Below, in pieces: positions 58,418 through 64,000 of a DNA stretch of 64,000 nucleotides. This stretch comes from Bdellovibrionales bacterium. GTDB lineage: Bacteria > Bdellovibrionota > Bdellovibrionia > Bdellovibrionales > UBA1609. The notes under the pieces are model-generated. The model saw nothing but the letters and a program-made list of their open reading frames with translations, had not been told where the DNA came from and did no database searches. The stretch lies in contig DAHVQG010000005.1 in the NCBI GenBank assembly GCA_027317865.1, positions 96,001 through 160,000 on the forward strand. The letters are read 5' to 3'. Positions within the stretch are counted from its first letter, which is position 1; each line of letters begins with the position of its first letter. The position numbers and the translations under genes are program-made.

Positions 58418-59422
58418 ATGACCGATAACTCCGCGCTTTCGAATCGCACCTCAAGAATTCGCTCCATTGCCGCGTATGCCTCATTGCTGATTAGCATTGT
58501 TGTTTTATTCTTGAAAATTTGGGCCTTTCATAAAACCGGGTCTCAGGCCATTTACTCCGATGCGGTCGAGAGTATTGTGAATATTATTACGGCCATCGTT
58601 GCCATTGGCGTTATTGTTTACGCATCAAAGCCGGTGGATAAGGATCATCCCTACGGTCACGGCAAAATCGAATATGTTTCGGCGGCATTTGAAGGTGGGC
58701 TAATTTCATTTGCCGCAATTCTCGTTATTTTTGATGCGGTCAAGGCGCAATTTCATCACGAACAGCTCAGCCAACTTTCGGCGGGTCTTTGGCTTCTCGT
58801 TGCTTGCGCACTCATTAACTGGGGCGCCGGTTATTTTCTAAAATTTATGGGCAAAAAACATGCCTCGCCGGCTCTCGAGTCGTCAGGAGTTCATCTTCTT
58901 ACTGATTTTGGCACCACAGTTGGCGCCCTTGTCGGCGTTGCCCTTGTCAAATCGACTGGATTAAATTGGATTGACCGTGCGGTTGCGGTATTGCTCGGGT
59001 TATGGATGGGTTCAGTTGGGTTAAAATTGGTTCGACAGTCGGCTTCGGGTCTACTTGATGCCGAAGATCTCAAGCTCTTAGAGCGCCTTGCCGTACTATT
59101 CCAAAAATTTGCATCGAATGGAATCATTCAAATTCATCACGCGCGCATCATTCGATCGGGGTGGTATCATCATATAGATGCCCATGTTGTTGTTCCTGAA
59201 TTTTGGAGCATCAACGAAGCCCACGCGCGTCTTGAGCAATTTGAGGCGTCGGTATTTGAAGCTTATGGTTATAGAGGAGAGGCCAATTTTCATCTCGACC
59301 CATGTAAGCGAAAATACTGCGCCGGTTGCGACTTTCCGGATTGTCCTGTGCGCCGTGAAAAATTTGTCCGTCGCATGCCCGTTGTACTGGAACATTTACG
59401 TTCTAAAGAAGAACCGGTATAG
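58418..59422 (+). CDS. Cation diffusion facilitator transporter
   Basis: SDAVES, D.DHPYGHGKIE, HLLTD; Cys-rich C-terminus. Confidence 0.92.
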   Translation: MTDNSALSNRTSRIRSIAAYASLLISIVVLFLKIWAFHKTGSQAIYSDAVESIVNIITAIVAIGVIVYASKPVDKDHPYGHGKIEYVSAAFEGGLISFAAILVIFDAVKAQFHHEQLSQLSAGLWLLVACALINWGAGYFLKFMGKKHASPALESSGVHLLTDFGTTVGALVGVALVKSTGLNWIDRAVAVLLGLWMGSVGLKLVRQSASGLLDAEDLKLLERLAVLFQKFASNGIIQIHHARIIRSGWYHHIDAHVVVPEFWSINEAHARLEQFEASVFEAYGYRGEANFHLDPCKRKYCAGCDFPDCPVRREKFVRRMPVVLEHLRSKEEPV

Positions 59423-59432
59423 CATTTTTCAA

Positions 59433-60104
59433 ATGCGATTTTCAAGCGAGATCAAGAATCCAACTTATTATGTTCAGGCGCTGCACGGTGAATATTCCCA
59501 GTGGGCCTATGCCGAGCAAAAAGCGGCCAACATGAAGGGCCACTGGCGCGAATCGGCTTTTGGCGATACGGCAGAAATACCGATTGATCTTGAGATTGGC
59601 ACGGGCAATGGTTTTTTTTTCGCCCATCGCGCGGCCCAGTTTCGTAATCGCCGTCTTGTCGGGATTGAAATTAAGTTTAAACCGCTCATTCAATCTATTC
59701 GTCGCGCACTTGCTAACAATTGCCAAAACGCTCGCGTCGTGCGTTATCATGCCGCTCGTATTGATGAACTATTCGCTCAAAGCGAGATTAACGATATTTT
59801 TGTTCATCATCCGGACCCATGGGAACACCCTCGTAAGCACAAACGGCGACTTCTCAATCATGATTATTTAAATAAATTATTTAATCTGCAGCTAACGGGC
59901 TCGGTTCTTGAATTTAAAACAGATAGCAAAGATTATTTTGTGTGGGCAAAAAAAGAGATTGAAATGACCCCATATCGACTCGAACGGTATACCGAGGATT
60001 TGCACGGCTCGGAATGGGCCAGCGAAAATTTCGTGACCCACTTTGAAAGCATATTCATCAAAAAGGGACTACCTATTTATTATATGCGGTTAATGCGCCC
60101 GTAG
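59433..60104 (+). CDS. trmB: tRNA (guanine-N7)-methyltransferase
   Basis: LEIGTGNG, GIE, PDPW...KHKRRL, FKTD, THFE. Confidence 0.92.
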   Translation: MRFSSEIKNPTYYVQALHGEYSQWAYAEQKAANMKGHWRESAFGDTAEIPIDLEIGTGNGFFFAHRAAQFRNRRLVGIEIKFKPLIQSIRRALANNCQNARVVRYHAARIDELFAQSEINDIFVHHPDPWEHPRKHKRRLLNHDYLNKLFNLQLTGSVLEFKTDSKDYFVWAKKEIEMTPYRLERYTEDLHGSEWASENFVTHFESIFIKKGLPIYYMRLMRP

Positions 60105-60108
60105 GTTT

Positions 60109-61572
60109 TCAGTCCACCCTCGTGCACATATTGTCATCGTGAATAGCTTGTGAGAATGGCCGCGTTGAGGGCGTATGGTTATCATAGCAATCCTCCCACC
60201 AATTCGGCATGACGCGAACGCAGTTATTGCCGTAAGCGGTGTTGTCCCCAAAAGTGTCGTCCGTTACGGTTTCAGAAAACCGCCGTTCTAGCCGGACGGT
60301 TTGAAGGATGTTGTTTACGGCAAGACTTAGCGTTGGTTTTGAAATTTGATAAATAGGTATCACCTTGGCGTCATATTGCACAGAATACATAACGGGTACC
60401 CGCCACTGGTCACAAACAAAGTCGTGTGGAACGTTACTGATGCTCACATCAACGCTTTGACCTGGCGCCAGGGCAAAGGTCATCGCGCCGTTAACGACGG
60501 TTGAAGGCCCGTGGATTGAAATTTCCGTTGGGATTTTAACTTTTGCCCAAGTGTAGCTCCCATCTTTAAAAAGATGATTTTCAAATTGAAGTGTCGCGCG
60601 CGAAAGTGGCGGGATTGCAAAATAGAGTGTTTTATCCCCATGATTTTTCACCACGTAGTTGCGCCAAGTGTAGTCAAAAATGTTGTGGCTACTCATCATA
60701 TTTGGGTAATTTGTCGCAACCGGATCGACCGAAAATTGGGGTTCAACCATGGTCATTAAAATCAGATTCGAAGCTGCTGCAACACGTGAGGCACGGTTAT
60801 AAACGATAAGCCGGCAGTACTGTTGAGACGCATATTTTCTTGCTGCGACTACAGGATCAACTCCCCCACGAGGAGTAAATTGCAATCCGAACAAGGGGCT
60901 GCCGTAAAGGTCTTTTTGAATCATGGCCTCGTCGACTTCGCATACAAGAGCCGATTTGGCTGAATCTACCCCTTGAATTTGAACCCGGAAATTTGCGAGA
61001 TGATTGTAATCGAGTCGAAGAAATCCGTCGTTGTCAGACAGCGCATGACTGACGTCAAAAATCCGTATCTGTGTGTCGTGTGAGTCTTCAGTGGTCAAAT
61101 GAACCTTAGGGAACGAAAAGCTGTGGGTCGAACCGTTCGCCGCACTGATCGTAAAGCGCATTGAGCAGTTCAGTTCCGTTGCGCCACCCCAAACATCATT
61201 GAGTAGCGTTTTAGCCGAGAAAAATTGTACAACCTTGTATTCGGCTGAATATGGCAGAGTCACTGTATCTGTACCAATGGGCTGATTGAGAACTGAACAC
61301 GCGCTTTGTACTTGCAGTGTCGTAAGGCCGCGGCCGTTATCGTAAACTGGCGTCAGTCTCATTTTGTCGTTTGTGTTGAGCTTAATGGCTTTATTTGATT
61401 CCGCTGTATTGAGGGCGACCCGTTTGCCATTTCGGCGAAGAACAATAGGTTCGTGAACCAGCATGCCGGTTGGCCCCCAAGATTTGTTTGAATTAGTGTC
61501 CGAACTGCAAGAAATAAGTCCAACAGTTAAGACAAAGGTGCAGACGAGTAACATTTTTTGCTTAGTATTCAT
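60109..61572 (-). CDS. Hypothetical lipoprotein
   Basis: MNTKQK..LTVGLISC lipobox, GGAGG RBS, beta-rich and Cys-containing. Confidence 0.78.
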   Translation of the reverse strand: MNTKQKMLLVCTFVLTVGLISCSSDTNSNKSWGPTGMLVHEPIVLRRNGKRVALNTAESNKAIKLNTNDKMRLTPVYDNGRGLTTLQVQSACSVLNQPIGTDTVTLPYSAEYKVVQFFSAKTLLNDVWGGATELNCSMRFTISAANGSTHSFSFPKVHLTTEDSHDTQIRIFDVSHALSDNDGFLRLDYNHLANFRVQIQGVDSAKSALVCEVDEAMIQKDLYGSPLFGLQFTPRGGVDPVVAARKYASQQYCRLIVYNRASRVAAASNLILMTMVEPQFSVDPVATNYPNMMSSHNIFDYTWRNYVVKNHGDKTLYFAIPPLSRATLQFENHLFKDGSYTWAKVKIPTEISIHGPSTVVNGAMTFALAPGQSVDVSISNVPHDFVCDQWRVPVMYSVQYDAKVIPIYQISKPTLSLAVNNILQTVRLERRFSETVTDDTFGDNTAYGNNCVRVMPNWWEDCYDNHTPSTRPFSQAIHDDNMCTRVD

Positions 61573-61602
61573 TGCGAAACCTCCCTTTGGGAGGGGCGTT
61601 AC

Positions 61603-61618
61603 GCAACTAACGTGCCAA
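61603..61618 (-). promoter_or_regulatory. sigma54 -24/-12 promoter of the lipoprotein gene
   Basis: TTGGCACGTTAGTTGC, consensus match, 30 nt upstream of the ATG. Confidence 0.75.
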
Positions 61619-61645
61619 TTGGTTCGCAGGGTGCATGAACGCGCG

Positions 61646-61933
61646 TTACCAATAGGTGGTATCGATAACAATGTCGTTTAAAACACAGGTTTGGCAACTG
61701 ATTCGAAATTCGCGGCTGACATTTTGGCGCAATTTTAGGTCATGCTCCAGCGTGCTTTCAGGGCTCAAATTTTCGGCGCCGGCGAGAATTCTCACGCGGC
61801 ATTTCGAACACACCCCTTCGCCGTGACAAGAACTTGCGACAGGCAAACCGTGAGCCAGTAAGGCACGCATGAGATTGGCTCCCCGTTCAACGGTGATGGG
61901 TGGAATGGGCTTTACAAAATTAATTTGTGGCAC
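61646..61933 (-). CDS. 2Fe-2S ferredoxin
   Basis: C-x5-C-x2-C (SCHGEGVCSKC) and RISCQ. Confidence 0.92.
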   Translation of the reverse strand: MPQINFVKPIPPITVERGANLMRALLAHGLPVASSCHGEGVCSKCRVRILAGAENLSPESTLEHDLKLRQNVSREFRISCQTCVLNDIVIDTTYW

Positions 61934-61976
61934 GGCTATACTTTACTAAATGGAGCGGGCCAAATATATAGGTCTT

Positions 61977-62630
61977 ATGAAAAATGTCCTGGTTTTTGGC
62001 GCAAGCCGCGGCCTTGGTTGCGCGCTCACACAAGAGATTTACAAGCAATTTCCGGAGTGTCGGTTTTTGCTGATCGCGCGTACTACAAACGACGTAATTC
62101 CCGAACATGTCGGTAGATGGGCTCAAATGGATCTCTCGCGGCCATCTTCTCAGGCGAGCGCATGTGAAGAGATGATTGTATTTCAGCCGAGCCACGTCAT
62201 TTATGCCGCCGGTGGTGGCCCTTACGGGTTGTTCGAAGCCAAAGCGATCGATTCGCATCTTTGGGCCACAGAAGTCAATTATCTAGCTGTTTTGCGAATA
62301 TTACATTTTGCTCTCCAGGCCCGCAAAAAGATGCCGGGGCTTAAACAATTTGCGGTTGTCGGTTCAGCCGTGGCAGGTAAAGCTCCCGATCCAATGGCCT
62401 CGAGTTATGCAGCCGCTAAACATGCTTTGCGCGGGTTAATCGGGTCTGTCGCTCTTGAAAAACCGTGGTTTGATGTGAAACTCTATGAACCTGGCTATAT
62501 GGATACGGATCTTTTGCCTAAAAACTCTTGGCCGCGCACGAAGGGGATTGTATCGAGTCCGAATGACGAAGCAAAAAAAATGCTTCATTTTTTGCAAGCA
62601 AAAACGACATGGGATGGAGGATTGGCATGA
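61977..62630 (+). CDS. SDR-family oxidoreductase
   Basis: GASRGLG, YAAAK, PGYMDT. Confidence 0.88.
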   Translation: MKNVLVFGASRGLGCALTQEIYKQFPECRFLLIARTTNDVIPEHVGRWAQMDLSRPSSQASACEEMIVFQPSHVIYAAGGGPYGLFEAKAIDSHLWATEVNYLAVLRILHFALQARKKMPGLKQFAVVGSAVAGKAPDPMASSYAAAKHALRGLIGSVALEKPWFDVKLYEPGYMDTDLLPKNSWPRTKGIVSSPNDEAKKMLHFLQAKTTWDGGLA

Positions 62631-63577
62631 GCGAGATTGAAAAAACCAGAAAAGTTGAAAATGTTATTATTGTTGGTTCAGGACCCGCCGGTTTAACTGC
62701 GGCGATCTACTCAGCGCGCGCAAATCTGAGCCCGTTTATGATTGAAGGCGAAGAAGTCGGCGGTCAGTTGATGACGACAACCGAGGTGGAGAATTATCCG
62801 GGATTTACAAAAGGCATTATGGGACCAGAGCTAATGACCATAATGAGAGAACAGGCCGCGCGTTTTGGCACGCGATTTTTATCGAAAAATGTAACCAAAG
62901 TTGATTTTTCTAATCGTCCATTCAAAATTTGGGTGGGTTCGGATCTTTTTGAATCACGAGCGGTGATAATTTCAACCGGCGCTTCGGCGAAGTATTTAGG
63001 ATTAGCTAACGAACGGCGTCTTTTGGGCCGCGGGGTTTCAGCCTGTGCGACTTGCGACGGTGCTTTTTTTCGAAACCAAAAAGTTGCGGTTGTCGGCGGC
63101 GGCGACACGGCGATGGAAGAAGCCAATTTTTTAACTAAATTTGCGTCGAAAGTAGTTGTCATACATCGACGCGATCACTTTCGCGCCTCTAAAATTATGG
63201 CCGAGCGGGTTCTGAATAATCCAAAAATTGAAGTCATGTGGGATTCTGAAATTGCTGACGTAGTTGGCGATGATGGTGTAACCGGTGTCAAAGTTAAAAA
63301 TCTGAAAAGTGGTGAACTTCGCGATGTTCCGCTTGAGGGAGTGTTTATCGCAATCGGGCACAAACCCAACACCGAAGTTTTTAAGGGACAAATTGCACTC
63401 GATGAAACGGGCTACATTGTGACGGAGGGCAAGTCGACCTATACGTCTGTGCCCGGAGTTTTTGCGGCCGGTGATGTACAAGACCACGTTTATCGTCAGG
63501 CCGTCACTGCGGCGGGCACGGGTTGCATGGCGGCCATCGATGTCGAGCGGTGGCTTGAAAAATCGGCGCATGTTTAG
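62627..63577 (+). CDS. trxB: Thioredoxin reductase
   Basis: GSGPAG, GGQL.TTTEVENYPG, CATCDG, GGGDTA.EEA, YRQAVTAAG. Confidence 0.97.
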   Translation: MSEIEKTRKVENVIIVGSGPAGLTAAIYSARANLSPFMIEGEEVGGQLMTTTEVENYPGFTKGIMGPELMTIMREQAARFGTRFLSKNVTKVDFSNRPFKIWVGSDLFESRAVIISTGASAKYLGLANERRLLGRGVSACATCDGAFFRNQKVAVVGGGDTAMEEANFLTKFASKVVVIHRRDHFRASKIMAERVLNNPKIEVMWDSEIADVVGDDGVTGVKVKNLKSGELRDVPLEGVFIAIGHKPNTEVFKGQIALDETGYIVTEGKSTYTSVPGVFAAGDVQDHVYRQAVTAAGTGCMAAIDVERWLEKSAHV

Positions 63578-63689
63578 CCGAAATTCGAAAATACATTCTT
63601 AAAGATTTATCGGGCGATACATTCTCAATCAGCACGAGCTTGACGACGGAAAACTCTTAATTGAAAATAGATATTCGACACAATGTCTG

Positions 63690-64000
63690 TTGGAGGGCAC
63701 CACGATCAAAACGATCTTTGTTGTCGGCTTAGTGATTAGTTTAGCACTGACTTTTAGTGCTTGTTCCGTAAATAATGGACCATCTGGAGCATCTGAAGAT
63801 GCCTCTATTAGTGGCCTCGCAGCCGAGGCGGTTGGCGGCGCACTCAATTTTAGTTTGAGTAGCGGCACCTTTACAATGTCAGAAATGCGCTCTCAACAAT
63901 CGCTTTTTTCTTGGCTCAATCTATTTTCAGGAATTGCCCACGCCAGTACCTCAACGTGTCCGACAATATCCGATTCTAGTAGCTCCGGCCCCAACACGTG
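63690..64000 (+). CDS. Putative lipoprotein, 3' truncated (not in the ORF track)
   Basis: Open frame to the window end: KTIFVVGLVISLALTFSAC lipobox, then a Ser/Gly-rich linker. Confidence 0.7.
   Translation, partial: MEGTTIKTIFVVGLVISLALTFSACSVNNGPSGASEDASISGLAAEAVGGALNFSLSSGTFTMSEMRSQQSLFSWLNLFSGIAHASTSTCPTISDSSSSGPNT

Overview
Gene-dense bacterial chromosome segment; gene content and protein styles suggest Bdellovibrionota (inference, no database search run). Left to right: a TolC/HlyD/ABC (YbhGFSR-like) efflux operon; a TolC/adaptor/CzcA-like RND operon; a PBP1A with a partner gene; RNase P RNA; liuBCDE-type leucine catabolism; a panG-panB-panC-coaBC-coaX-panD operon; cN-II nucleotidase; hppD-hmgA-ribD; a five-gene signalling cluster (anti-sigma-like kinase, STAS, CheA-like kinase, CheY, REC-J-domain); a peroxiredoxin/ATP-grasp/SelO-like/hldD run; xth; a 1-Cys dksA; speB and speA split by a peptide ABC cassette with a 3x25-bp palindromic repeat; leuS; a REC-GGDEF protein with the Hypr (cGAMP synthase) Ser; CDF, trmB, a sigma54-preceded lipoprotein, ferredoxin, SDR and trxB. 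I saw no tRNA, rRNA, CRISPR array, transposase or integrase. Best candidates for new biology: the Prx/ATP-grasp/SelO redox operon, the partner-switching/J-domain signalling cluster, the Hypr GGDEF, and the repeat-bordered cassette between speA and speB.
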